64,000 nucleotides of DNA. It comes from Gemmatales bacterium. GTDB lineage: Bacteria > Planctomycetota > Planctomycetia > Gemmatales > HRBIN36. Of the stretch, positions 40,117 through 50,136 are shown in pieces. The stretch covers positions 53,611 through 117,610 of the forward strand of contig JBEPZY010000007.1 of NCBI GenBank assembly GCA_041640595.1, written 5' to 3'. Each line of letters begins with the position of its first letter. Position 1 is the first letter of the stretch. The notes beneath the pieces were generated by a model. That model saw nothing but the letters and a program-made list of their open reading frames with translations. It was not told the origin of the DNA and searched no databases. The position numbers were made by a program, and so were the translations under genes.

Positions 40117-41550
40117 CTAAATGCGAATCCAGTCGCGGTCGAATTGAAAAGCCCTGGCCCGGAATAGGAAGTCCACGATGTTCCCCTCGTGGGGTTGTAG
40201 CCAGTTGAGCTTGATAGTCGGGATCGGACCGATGTTAAGACGGTCTATATGCACGGCGTCGGTAAGAGCCCGTTGAAACCTAGCGTCGGCAGTGATGGCA
40301 GTGCACACCAAAGTAGGCCCAATTTTTTCTAACATTTTTTCCTGGGGGCATTCGACAACGGTAACAAACGGGAACATGTATTCTTTCCTGGCGATGGCAA
40401 CTTCTGGTGAGGAGCAATAAATCACCATAGGCCGTAAGTAAGCACAACGTTCGCGCTTCACCAGACGTGGACCGAACCGGGCGGTCATATCCTCAACGCC
40501 AGGTTGGGCGAGATCGCGTTCGATGTCGGCGTATATAGCTTCTGCCTGACCAGGCACGGTAAAAGCAGCCAGTTGCGCCTGGGGATCATCTGGCGGCCTG
40601 GGCTCGATAGGGCCGAGACGTTCTGCGAGAGCCTCGGCGATCTTGCGTCCATGCCGCGACACCCAAATGCCGGAGCAGTTGATGCACCCGCGGCCGCTAT
40701 TGACGAGGACGCTATCCACCATGAGGTCCAGATATTTTTCCCATTCGTCCACCTTATCATCGCCAAACAGTATTTTACTGAAACCCGGGCCATGCACCTG
40801 CACTCGCGGATTGCCTTTATATTGTTCCACGGTCTGTGTGCTTCCAAAAATCAAGGTACGCGGACAAGAGTTTACCACGGCAGCGCCAACGTCGCCCAGG
40901 CCAGGATAAATTGCTATTGCCTGTTTTGGAACTCCGGCTTCGATAAAAGCCTGGGTCATACGATAGGGTGTCCACGGCTCCTGCGGGCCTGGCTTCAGTA
41001 CCAGACCAATCTGCAACGGAATAATCGGCAACCAGAGCGTGTGAACTCCGGGGGAGTTGCTTGGAAGAACCAGACCTAACACTGGCGACTGGCATTGATA
41101 ACTTATCGGGACGCCCCGGCTTTCCACACCATAGCCGCGCGACAAAATCTCTAAGTCCAGGCCACGGGTTAGCGAGTCTAAAATTTTATCCATATTAGTC
41201 AGGACAAAATGGTTTTTCTCCATATTGAAACGGCACATATGTTCGGGCATGCCGGTGGTAGCTGACTGCATGCGGACGAACTGCTCCGGTGTCTGTGTCC
41301 CATTTCCCAGCGGGAGTTCGGCACGGGTGTAAAGATCGGCTGCCTTACGAAGCATAGCCAACAAATCGCGGATGGGAATTTCGCGCAGCACTTCGCGTGC
41401 CCGGCGAGCGTGGCGCATATCACGTTCGACCAGCGCAGCATTAGCACGACTAACTTCCGCTAACACTTCGCCGGTCTCAAAATGCACAACTCGGTCAACT
41501 TCCATGCTGCGATAATGTTCTCCCCAACGCGATATTGGTATATGCAACAT
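40117..41550 (-). CDS. Aldehyde-dehydrogenase-superfamily acyl reductase (GriD/EhpG/LuxC-like)
   Basis: LPSNSPG, LKPG..EP, catalytic NSGRGCINCS, EYMFPF. Has HGPGFSK where hydrolytic ALDHs have ELGGK. Confidence 0.8.
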   Translation of the reverse strand: MLHIPISRWGEHYRSMEVDRVVHFETGEVLAEVSRANAALVERDMRHARRAREVLREIPIRDLLAMLRKAADLYTRAELPLGNGTQTPEQFVRMQSATTGMPEHMCRFNMEKNHFVLTNMDKILDSLTRGLDLEILSRGYGVESRGVPISYQCQSPVLGLVLPSNSPGVHTLWLPIIPLQIGLVLKPGPQEPWTPYRMTQAFIEAGVPKQAIAIYPGLGDVGAAVVNSCPRTLIFGSTQTVEQYKGNPRVQVHGPGFSKILFGDDKVDEWEKYLDLMVDSVLVNSGRGCINCSGIWVSRHGRKIAEALAERLGPIEPRPPDDPQAQLAAFTVPGQAEAIYADIERDLAQPGVEDMTARFGPRLVKRERCAYLRPMVIYCSSPEVAIARKEYMFPFVTVVECPQEKMLEKIGPTLVCTAITADARFQRALTDAVHIDRLNIGPIPTIKLNWLQPHEGNIVDFLFRARAFQFDRDWIRI

Positions 41551-41611
41551 ATTAGATTCTCCCCTCTTGTTCGCTTTTGGTTCCTCAATTTGGTTCGCTA
41601 CCTATACACGA

Positions 41612-42739
41612 TTAGTACACACCCACGGTGGTAGTAGCAGCGAAACCGCGATAAGGCTTCACGCCACTCACACCATCCCACGGAAAGCGTTCACAGGGTA
41701 ATTCGCGTACACCTTCGTCGCGCTCAGGAAAGCGCGGCATAAAGAACTCTTTCGTCAAGGTGGTAAGCAGGACGCGGCCCTCCTGACCGTAATCCACGAC
41801 CCGATTATGATCGTCAAAATCTACCACCTCGATAACGGCACGAGGTTGTGGTGCGTAGTAGGTGATCTTATATCCGTCTTCCGGGCGAGGCATTTCGGAG
41901 ACAGCTAAACCCATCAGTGTATTTCCATAAGTCGGGGCGATATAGATACCAGGCCCGAGCAACTCTTCAATGGTAAAACGCATCCATTGCGGGGTCATTT
42001 CCGTTCCACCGCAGAAAATGCCGGTAATGCCAATTTCGCGCAGGCTCGTACCGCGTTTTTCCAGTTCAAGGGCGAGCGCTTCTAAAAGTTTCGGAGTCGC
42101 AAACATGCACTTAATATCGTGCCCCGCTTCCAGGATAGTGATGGCCTGCTCGATGCAATGTTCCATATAAGCCTTGGCCACATCCACCCATCCGCGTTTG
42201 AGGCACTTAACGACCCAGCGGGGATCAAGGTCTATACAAAAACAAATGCCTCCACGATACTGGCAGAGGTGTTCCACGGCCAGGCGCAAACGACGTGGCC
42301 CGGAAGGGCCTAACATCAGCCAATTAGCTCCTTTGGGGAAATACTGGTCGGGAAGCGTTGCGCTGAACTGTTCGTAATCAATGCGAAAGTCCTCGATATT
42401 GATGCGCGTTTTCGGGATGCCGGTCGTTCCGCCTGTTTCGAAAACGTAGATCGGGCGATTTTGGTAAGCTCGAGGTACCCAGCGGCGGACTGGCCCTCCC
42501 CGCAGCCATTCATCCTGGAAAAAGCCGAATTTTCTCAGGTCAGCAAAGCCGCGAATTTCTTTGCGGGGGTCAAAGTTTAGCTGTATATGCGGGTTAGTAC
42601 CGGCCAGGGCATCGAGCCAGAAAGGCGTTCCGGTTTCGGGACTGAAGTGCCACGCTACGATTTCGCGCACGTGAGCATCCAGGGCTGTGCGAGCTGCAGC
42701 GACACGTTCCTGGAGGGATGAAGCAAGTGCCGTGGTCAT
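41612..42739 (-). CDS. EhpF/GriC-like adenylate-forming (ANL) carboxylate-activating enzyme
   Basis: WHFSPETGTPFWL, ETGGTTG.PK, IDLDPRWV, GGTE, YGNT, ERD and terminal GVY match my recollection of the EhpF family. Confidence 0.75.
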   Translation of the reverse strand: MTTALASSLQERVAAARTALDAHVREIVAWHFSPETGTPFWLDALAGTNPHIQLNFDPRKEIRGFADLRKFGFFQDEWLRGGPVRRWVPRAYQNRPIYVFETGGTTGIPKTRINIEDFRIDYEQFSATLPDQYFPKGANWLMLGPSGPRRLRLAVEHLCQYRGGICFCIDLDPRWVVKCLKRGWVDVAKAYMEHCIEQAITILEAGHDIKCMFATPKLLEALALELEKRGTSLREIGITGIFCGGTEMTPQWMRFTIEELLGPGIYIAPTYGNTLMGLAVSEMPRPEDGYKITYYAPQPRAVIEVVDFDDHNRVVDYGQEGRVLLTTLTKEFFMPRFPERDEGVRELPCERFPWDGVSGVKPYRGFAATTTVGVY

Positions 42740-42771
42740 GGTTAACGAAAGCTCCTGGAGTCAGCGGGAGG

Positions 42772-44418
42772 TTATTTAGTTTCCGCAATGGCGTAGAGAT
42801 TCTGGCGGGTCATGACATAGAGCACACCGTTGACCGCGATGGGCGTGCTCAGCACTGGGGCTTCCATTTCGTTTTTCGCTAGCAGTCGCAATTTTTTACC
42901 GTGCTCAAAAACATAGACGGTTCCTTCATCCGTGCCAATATAGACCTTGCCATCCACGACGTAAGGTGAACCCCAGATAGCGGAGAGGGTGTCGTACTCC
43001 CAGTATTTTTCACCGGTGCGGGCGTCGAAACAGGCAACAAAGCCGCTCAGGTTGGCGATATAACAAAGCCCATCGTGAATCGCACAGGTGGAAAGGCCAC
43101 GTCGCCAAAGCAATTTACCATCTTTATCTTGACCCCCGACGTGCCAGACCAGGCCGGAATTCTTATTCTCCGGAGCCTTCGGGTCAAAATTATCGTTCAC
43201 TGGCGAAAGGTCTATATTGGTCGGGCTGGCTTTACTGGGATCTATGCACCAGAGGTGACCGACGCCTTCACCATGTTCGGGGTCCTGGCCAACCTGAATA
43301 TAGACGCGACCTTCATAGACAACAGGAGTGGCGATGATTTCGTTTTTAGTTCCGCGACCCCCTAGGATATATTTCGAGTTCTTCGGATTGCAATCGAACT
43401 TCCAGAGCAGCTTACCGGTACGAGGTTCAAAAGCATATAGCCAACCGTCGCCGCCCGGGAAAATGACCTGCGGCTGGCCATTAATTTCGGCATAACAGGG
43501 ATTCGACCACTGGCCGTGCAGGATTTTGTCGCCGGGCAAATTGCTTTCCCATAGAACTTTGCCCGTAAACTTGTTTACTGCCAGGAAACTCGGAGCACGG
43601 GGAGCGGGAATGTTCTCATGCGATTCGTCATGGCCGTTGCCAGTAACAACGTAAACAATATCGCCGACTACCAGCGGGGAGCAGACCGCCAGGTTATGAG
43701 GAAAAACGCCTAACTCTTCCATCATATCCAGTCGCCAGATGATGTCGGCGTCGCTTTCGTCCTTATACTTCTCGTCTTGCACACCGTCGTTCTTACCATC
43801 GTGGAATCCTTCCGTGTCCGCGCAAACCAGTTCACATCGGTTACTCACGTAATAAACGCGATTATCCTCGACATAGGGAGAGGAGCAGATTCCCTGTTCC
43901 GGCCAATCGTTGACGCGGCCGGAGGGCAGCTTATCGTGAACCGCTTGCCAGAGGAACTGGCCGTCCGATTCGCGGAAGCAGATGAGAATGCCCTTATCCA
44001 CGGGAATAAGCTCATCTCCTTTTTTGACGGCATCGCGGGGATTGCGCAGGCCACCGTTATTAGTACCTAAAAAGATTTTGCCACCGTAAACCACCGGATT
44101 GCCATACGATTGAGAACCGAGCTTAGCGACCCACTTGATGTTTTTGGGAGGGATTTTCCGTTTGGGGTCGCCAATGTGCCACTCGGCGGGAAGACTTTTC
44201 TCCACGGTGTTGACCATATTGCGGAAGGGCGTGCCGCCAAACATGCGCCAGACCCTGAGCGGCACGTTGCTGATGTCCACCTTTGGCACCTGAGCCGCCG
44301 CTCGCGGGGAGAATGCCGAGGGCTGTTGAGTAGTTTGCGAAAACCAGCCGAGCAATAATAGAAAGCCGGCCGACAACAGTGCCAGTAGCCAGCGATAGCC
44401 AGAAGCTTTTGGCCGCAT
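42772..44418 (-). CDS. Secreted BamB/PQQ-like beta-propeller protein
   Basis: N-terminal hydrophobic segment, WRMFGG, repeated TG..LW blades, WGSP..VDGKVY. Confidence 0.85.
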   Translation of the reverse strand: MRPKASGYRWLLALLSAGFLLLLGWFSQTTQQPSAFSPRAAAQVPKVDISNVPLRVWRMFGGTPFRNMVNTVEKSLPAEWHIGDPKRKIPPKNIKWVAKLGSQSYGNPVVYGGKIFLGTNNGGLRNPRDAVKKGDELIPVDKGILICFRESDGQFLWQAVHDKLPSGRVNDWPEQGICSSPYVEDNRVYYVSNRCELVCADTEGFHDGKNDGVQDEKYKDESDADIIWRLDMMEELGVFPHNLAVCSPLVVGDIVYVVTGNGHDESHENIPAPRAPSFLAVNKFTGKVLWESNLPGDKILHGQWSNPCYAEINGQPQVIFPGGDGWLYAFEPRTGKLLWKFDCNPKNSKYILGGRGTKNEIIATPVVYEGRVYIQVGQDPEHGEGVGHLWCIDPSKASPTNIDLSPVNDNFDPKAPENKNSGLVWHVGGQDKDGKLLWRRGLSTCAIHDGLCYIANLSGFVACFDARTGEKYWEYDTLSAIWGSPYVVDGKVYIGTDEGTVYVFEHGKKLRLLAKNEMEAPVLSTPIAVNGVLYVMTRQNLYAIAETK

Positions 44419-44446
44419 AGGTGTCCGGTCCTCCTTGGCGTCTCGG

Positions 44447-46753
44447 TTATGGATTGGGATATATTTTTACGTTGTCGAAGTACGCTTCAGCGCCGGGGGA
44501 AGTCGCGGTAATGCCCGTGGCGTAGGCGTAAAGACCGGCTGCCCCTTCGGTATTGGGAATCGGGTCTTCGGCGGTGATGGTCCACTCCCTGGGTTCGGGC
44601 TGCTCACGTGGCCAGACTTTGCCCAGAAGAATGCCTTTACCGTTGACCACGCGCACGCACAGTTTGAAGCGGTACCAGACGTTGGGTTGCCAGGGAAAAT
44701 CCACCTTTTGATTGATACGACCCGGAACGGCATCCGGAGGAGCGTCTTCGGGCCGGCGCGCTTCCCAGGTTCGTAAAAGCAGCCGTTGTTTGTTACCGTC
44801 CAGCGTCAGGCTATAGCGACAATTCACCACACCCATATCAGGAAGGTTGCGGCGACGTTCGGTTGCCATGAGATCGGCTTCGATAGTGTAGTTCTGAACA
44901 TGCGGCGTCGTTATAAAAGCAATAGCGCGGGCCAGAAGCGGATTCGGGTTGTTAGCCAGTTTTTTGAGCACCTTGTTCTGCGGATTGGTAGGATCGGTGG
45001 CGACGAGGAATTTTCCGGAGACGTTGACCCATCCCCCTGGCACAGCACCTTCCGGCATAGCGTCGAAAGTTTGCACGAGCGGGATACGAGGGGCAACCCG
45101 CACACGTGCCCGTGCGGTCAGTTGACCGAAGCGAGCCTGAACATAGCCTTGCTGGGCGGGAATGTTCGGATCGGCGCGGAACAGACCTGATTGTAAAGTT
45201 CCTCGCAGTGGTGGCGGTGCTGGCGCGGGTTTCCCCTCCGGAGTCGTTGGCGGTGCCTGGGGAGCCGGTAGCGTCCATTCTTCGGGTTCCACTTCGCGCA
45301 GGAACTGGCCGCGAGCATTGTACACGCGAGCGGTGAACTTTACCTGGCCGCCTGGTTCCAGCACCACATCTGCAGGAATCAGTTGCAGCCAGCTGGCTGG
45401 CTCATCCGGACTTACCTTCGGTTCTTGCGGTGGCAACGGTACCTTGCCTTCACGGCTTTCCTTTGTGGCCAGGCAGTACAAGGCATCGCCGGTGGTGAAA
45501 TATAAACGTCCTTTCCAAACGGCTGGCGTACCGTTGTTTTCAATCACTTCCCCATGCGGGCCGAGCGGGTTGGTAAACGTGTGAATCGTTTTGCAACTGC
45601 GGTCATCAGGCTGCAGGATGTGGAACTTTCCGGCGACTTCCATGATATAAATCCTGCCATCGGCCCACACAGGCGAACCACGGGCCATGGTGCCGTACTT
45701 ATGTTCCCACAAAGTTTCTCCGGTCAGTGCGTCAAGGCAATGCAGCTTAGCGGAATTGTCGGCGACGTAGAGACGGTTGTCGAATAACGCAGGGGACGCC
45801 AAACCCGCCAGGATGCCCAGTCGTCGCCACAGCAGTTTCGGCCTGCCGTTGCTGACCTGAGAAGCATCCAGACAGTAAACGCCTCCCATCTCGTTGGTGT
45901 CGAGGTTTTCATCGCCGTGGGTGATATAGACGCGGGAACCGGTAACCACCGGGGACGGATTGACACCACGTTTCGAGAACGGGAAACTCCAGACCGGCTT
46001 GCCAGTACGGGACTGCAGGGCGTGTAACGCACCATCCGCGCCGCCGCAAATGACCAACCGTTCGCCGTTGATGATCGCCACGACCGGGACAGAATACAGG
46101 GTGTCCAGGGGTTGGCCACCAGGTTCGGACCACCAGAGGACCTTGCCGGTCCGTTTGTCGAATGCAACAAAACGATGGCCACCGCGACCCTGGTCGCCCC
46201 AGCTGGCGTTCAGGAAATGGAGAATCACTCGGTCTTCGTCCACAATGGGCGTGGTAACGCGGCCACCATAACCAGAGATGCGGCCAAACTCTTCCGTCAA
46301 TGAGCGCGACCAGACAACTTTGCCGTCCGGAGAAAGACAGAAGAGCAAACCCTGAATGCCGTGCGCGTAAACATAACCGGTCTCTTCGTCGGCGGCCAGA
46401 TTTGCCCAGCCAACTCGGTTCGTAACGATGTCCGTATGGAAAATGTTGAAGCGGTACTCCCAGAGTAACTTGCCCGTGTCGGCGTCAAAGCACATGACCC
46501 GTTCCTGTTCGCGAATATTGCCGGGTTCTGCTCCGTTGATGATGTAAACGCGACCCTGGCAGACAACCGGAGTGGAGCGGCCACCGTAGGGCTGTTTCCA
46601 GAGCAAGTTGAGTCCCGATGGCGACCAGGCTGTGGGCAAGCCGGTATCGCGGGATGCACCATTCTGTTCCGGCCCGCGCCAATGCACCCAATCTACACTC
46701 CATGCGGGGATCAACAACGCACCCAACGTCAGCATCACAGCCAGATAGCGCAT
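44447..46753 (-). CDS. Secreted BamB/PQQ-like beta-propeller protein with C-terminal beta-sandwich domains
   Basis: Signal peptide, DWVHWRGP, propeller blades, Pro-rich linker, C-terminal WYRFKL...GKVWP...W...FDNVKI lectin-like domain. Confidence 0.85.
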   Translation of the reverse strand: MRYLAVMLTLGALLIPAWSVDWVHWRGPEQNGASRDTGLPTAWSPSGLNLLWKQPYGGRSTPVVCQGRVYIINGAEPGNIREQERVMCFDADTGKLLWEYRFNIFHTDIVTNRVGWANLAADEETGYVYAHGIQGLLFCLSPDGKVVWSRSLTEEFGRISGYGGRVTTPIVDEDRVILHFLNASWGDQGRGGHRFVAFDKRTGKVLWWSEPGGQPLDTLYSVPVVAIINGERLVICGGADGALHALQSRTGKPVWSFPFSKRGVNPSPVVTGSRVYITHGDENLDTNEMGGVYCLDASQVSNGRPKLLWRRLGILAGLASPALFDNRLYVADNSAKLHCLDALTGETLWEHKYGTMARGSPVWADGRIYIMEVAGKFHILQPDDRSCKTIHTFTNPLGPHGEVIENNGTPAVWKGRLYFTTGDALYCLATKESREGKVPLPPQEPKVSPDEPASWLQLIPADVVLEPGGQVKFTARVYNARGQFLREVEPEEWTLPAPQAPPTTPEGKPAPAPPPLRGTLQSGLFRADPNIPAQQGYVQARFGQLTARARVRVAPRIPLVQTFDAMPEGAVPGGWVNVSGKFLVATDPTNPQNKVLKKLANNPNPLLARAIAFITTPHVQNYTIEADLMATERRRNLPDMGVVNCRYSLTLDGNKQRLLLRTWEARRPEDAPPDAVPGRINQKVDFPWQPNVWYRFKLCVRVVNGKGILLGKVWPREQPEPREWTITAEDPIPNTEGAAGLYAYATGITATSPGAEAYFDNVKIYPNP

Positions 46754-46887
46754 GCCCGATTCTCCTGGGGAAAGAGGATTCGCCTACGGGGATGGATGTC
46801 TCCGAAGTTACTTTATGTCGGCGGGTGGCTGGCGGAAACCAGCCCGGTTGTGGGAGTATATTAGTATAGCCGGACGGAATCAGTCAG

Positions 46888-48192
46888 CTAGATTTGCTTA
46901 CGCCAGCGGCGGGCTTTCAGTTCGTGGCGGGGCAAACTCCCAACAGGAACGATAGCGATTCTGGGCTTGATGAGAAAAGTTGCCTGTACTTCCTTGCAGA
47001 TACGCTCGGCCAGTTGCTGGCGATCTTCCGGAGAGTCCATACAGCGTGCTTCGGCAGGCTCGATTTCCAACAGCAGTTCGCTCAGTTCGCCTTGAGCGCT
47101 TACGGTCACCCGATATTCGCCGACTTCGGCAAATTTTCTCAGGACATCATCCAGAGCAGCGGGATAAATCTTGGCGCCACGGACAGCCACCAGGTCGTCC
47201 TGGCGGCCAAGAATTCCTCCTTTCAGCCGCAGCCAGATACGGCCGCACGGGCATGGTTCCGGATCAGCAATCACGCGATCACCGGTGCGATAGCGAATAA
47301 GGGGACTGCCCCAGCGGCCGAGGTTGGTCAGAACCAGTTCCCCTTCCACTCCCGCAGGCACGCGGCAGCCAGTTTCGGGATCGATTACTTCGGGGATGCA
47401 TTCGGTCTCCAGCAGATGAACACCGAGAGGATTCTCGGGACATTCGATTCCCAGTGGGCCGATTTCCGTCATACCTGTGTGATCGAAAACGCGGGCCTGC
47501 CAGCCTTGTTCAATGCGTTGGCGAACGTGCGGCCAGCTACCGCCTGGCTCCCCAGCCACAATGAGCATACGCACCGCACTATCTGCCAGGTCAATTCCTT
47601 CCCTGCGGGCGACTTCAAGCAAATGCAACGCATAGGTGGGTGTGCAAAAAACCACGCTGATGCCGTGATCCAGAACAGCCCGCACACGGGCGAGGGTGTT
47701 CATACCGCCTCCCGGGAGCATAAACCATCCGCACCGACTTGCAGCATCCCAGGCAGCCCAGAAACCAAGAAAAGGGCCAAACGAAAACGGGAAAAAGAGG
47801 CGGTCGCTGGCTCGCAAACCGACGATAGCAAATATCCGTTGCCAGCACTGCAATATCCATTGCCAGCTTTCAGGAGTGTCGAGCCAGCGAAGTGGCTGAG
47901 CGGTCGAGCCAGAAGTTTGGTGCAGTCGCACATAACGCGCCAGGGGATAGGTCAGGTTCGTGCCATAGGGCGGTGCAGTTTGCTGGTCGGCGAGTAACTC
48001 CTGCTTCGTAGTAAAGGGCCAGCTCGCCAGGTCTTCCAGCGAACGCGGCAACGCGCACGAACCAAGCTTGCGGCGATAGAAGGCGTTACGCGATAAGACC
48101 TCGGTCAGCATCGCACGCAGTTTTTGCAACTGCACCGCCTGGAGTGCTTCCCGGTCTGTTTCGCATCGGCCTAGTCGCATCGGTTGTTCCAT
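46888..48192 (-). CDS. Phenylacetate--CoA ligase (PaaK)-like adenylating enzyme
   Basis: PFTTK, HQTSGST, AGEPGG, DHTGMTE, IRYRTGD, GRQDD, terminal K.RRW. Confidence 0.88.
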   Translation of the reverse strand: MEQPMRLGRCETDREALQAVQLQKLRAMLTEVLSRNAFYRRKLGSCALPRSLEDLASWPFTTKQELLADQQTAPPYGTNLTYPLARYVRLHQTSGSTAQPLRWLDTPESWQWILQCWQRIFAIVGLRASDRLFFPFSFGPFLGFWAAWDAASRCGWFMLPGGGMNTLARVRAVLDHGISVVFCTPTYALHLLEVARREGIDLADSAVRMLIVAGEPGGSWPHVRQRIEQGWQARVFDHTGMTEIGPLGIECPENPLGVHLLETECIPEVIDPETGCRVPAGVEGELVLTNLGRWGSPLIRYRTGDRVIADPEPCPCGRIWLRLKGGILGRQDDLVAVRGAKIYPAALDDVLRKFAEVGEYRVTVSAQGELSELLLEIEPAEARCMDSPEDRQQLAERICKEVQATFLIKPRIAIVPVGSLPRHELKARRWRKQI

Positions 48193-49188
48193 GCCCAATT
48201 TCAAGATTCCCCGGCTCCAAAATCAAAGCCCCTCTATGGCAAGGTTATGACGAGAACTCGTTCCTCGGCCAGCGGTCAGGCAAATTCTCCCGCCCCTGTC
48301 CTCCGAAACCTTTACTTCCTGCTCGTTCGATGGGCTGTAATTACCCGCACTCATATCGAGTGGCGCTTCGTCTTAACCGCTTTCCGGCCTGATACCGGGC
48401 ACCGAGCCAGTGGCTGAAACTGAACTGGCAGCTTCGTCTCCACCGCTCGCCAGTGGTGGTACTGGTATCCGGTCTGGCGGTTTTGGATACCTGACCGTTT
48501 TGGTCGGGAACCGGTTACCGTCCGACAATTTTGCACCCTGGCTGTTCAACGTGCCTGCAGGAAATGGGCGAGGCTGCGACCGAGTTGCTGGCCTAAGCGT
48601 TCATACCCGGCAATCGTACTGTGCGCTGTGTTCCGCGGAGTTTTGAGGGTAACTGCGAATACCGAAGAACCGCGATTCAGCGCGACTATGACGCCCTTAT
48701 TTCCTGGTTGGATCGTGCTTGCGGAGGGAAGCGGGGCTGGCGAAGGGGAACGGTTCGGCGCGAACCATTTTTTCGCAAGGGCACGCCGGTCCAGAAAATA
48801 ACCTTAGCCACTTTCGACCGGGCGAAGGATAAGCCGCCAGGGTGGACGATGCGCTGGCGTAAACGAAGCAGAAACCAGGACTGAATTTGTGGAGCTCGTG
48901 GTGTCAGAACCCAGGCCGGCGGAACCAAGACGGGACTGATTATCCGCATCGCCACAATCATGCAGGTGAATAAAGACAGAGAACGGCCCAGTTTGACGGA
49001 GCCGACGGATACGTTGCCGATCGGCTGTCGAACACAGCAAACAACTATGCTGACATTATCGCCGGGAGAGTTAGCCGAAACTCACCGATGCTGGTGTTCG
49101 CACGAGCTGGCCATCCAGGTAACGCAAGCCGAGATACGAGAGCAACTGCCCAAATTTTTCGTGCCTGGGCCGTTTGCGGATCTGGTGT

Positions 49189-50046
49189 TTATTCTTCCTC
49201 GCGTACCAGGGCGAAGAAACGTTCGCGGAGTTGCCGGGTAATCGGGCCCGGTTTGCCGTTGCCGATTACCCGACCGTCGCACTTCACGACCGGGATAATT
49301 TCTGCTGCGGTACCAGTCAGGAAACACTCGTCCGCGGTGTACACATCATGGCGTGTCAGCGGTTCTTCGCGGGTCGGGATTCCGGCCCGCTGCGCCAGTT
49401 CGAGCACTGCATTGCGAGTAATCCCTTCGAGAATCCCGGCGTCCAGAGGTGGGGTGCGCACCACACCGCGGGTCACCACAAAAATGTTATCGCCCGTGCA
49501 CTCGGCGATTTCCCCTTTGTGATTGAGCATGAGAGCTTCCAGGCAGCCGGCCTGGATAGCCTCGAGCTTGGCCAGGATGTTGTTCAGGTAATTCAGCGAC
49601 TTGATGCGAGGATTGACGGCATTGGGGTGGTTGCGGATAGTGGCCACGGTAACGATTTCCAGTCCGTTTTCGTACAATTCGGGCGGGTAAAGCTGAATGT
49701 GGTCGGTGATGATAATCACCTGCGGGTCGCTGGTCTTTCGCGGATCCAGGCCGAGTGAACCGGCACCGCGAGTAACCACCACGCGGATGTAGGCGTCTTT
49801 CAACCCGTTGAGATCGAGCGTCTGGCGAATTGCCTGGGCCAGTTGCTCCTGGCTCATCGGGATTTCCAGGCGGATCGCTTTGGCCGAATCGTACAAACGT
49901 TGCAGGTGCTGCCGCAAACGAAATATTTTCCCGCCATAAGAACGGATGCCTTCAAACACTCCGTCGCCGTACAGCAAGCCGTGGTCATAGACGCTTATTT
50001 TGGCCTCGTTTTTGTCGTAAAACTGGCCGCTGATATAGACCTTCAT
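49189..50046 (-). CDS. ilvE: Branched-chain amino acid aminotransferase (class IV)
   Basis: DHGLLYGDGVFEGIR, IKSLNYL, ECTGDNIF, LEGITR, FLTGTAAE. Confidence 0.92.
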   Translation of the reverse strand: MKVYISGQFYDKNEAKISVYDHGLLYGDGVFEGIRSYGGKIFRLRQHLQRLYDSAKAIRLEIPMSQEQLAQAIRQTLDLNGLKDAYIRVVVTRGAGSLGLDPRKTSDPQVIIITDHIQLYPPELYENGLEIVTVATIRNHPNAVNPRIKSLNYLNNILAKLEAIQAGCLEALMLNHKGEIAECTGDNIFVVTRGVVRTPPLDAGILEGITRNAVLELAQRAGIPTREEPLTRHDVYTADECFLTGTAAEIIPVVKCDGRVIGNGKPGPITRQLRERFFALVREEE

Positions 50047-50136
50047 CGTTGCTTGTCTCCCGACACCAACGCTTCGTTGTAAGCCGGCACAAATCCATCC
50101 TGCCACAGCCCATCGTGCTGGCACCGGGCACGACGG

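Noticed and set aside
40117..42739. Phenazine biosynthesis or lux bioluminescence cluster
   Set aside because: No phzA/B/D/E/F/G or luxA/B/D homologs recognised in the window; only the activation/reduction pair is present.
46894..47997. 367 aa plus-strand ORF
   Set aside because: Antisense shadow of the PaaK-like gene.
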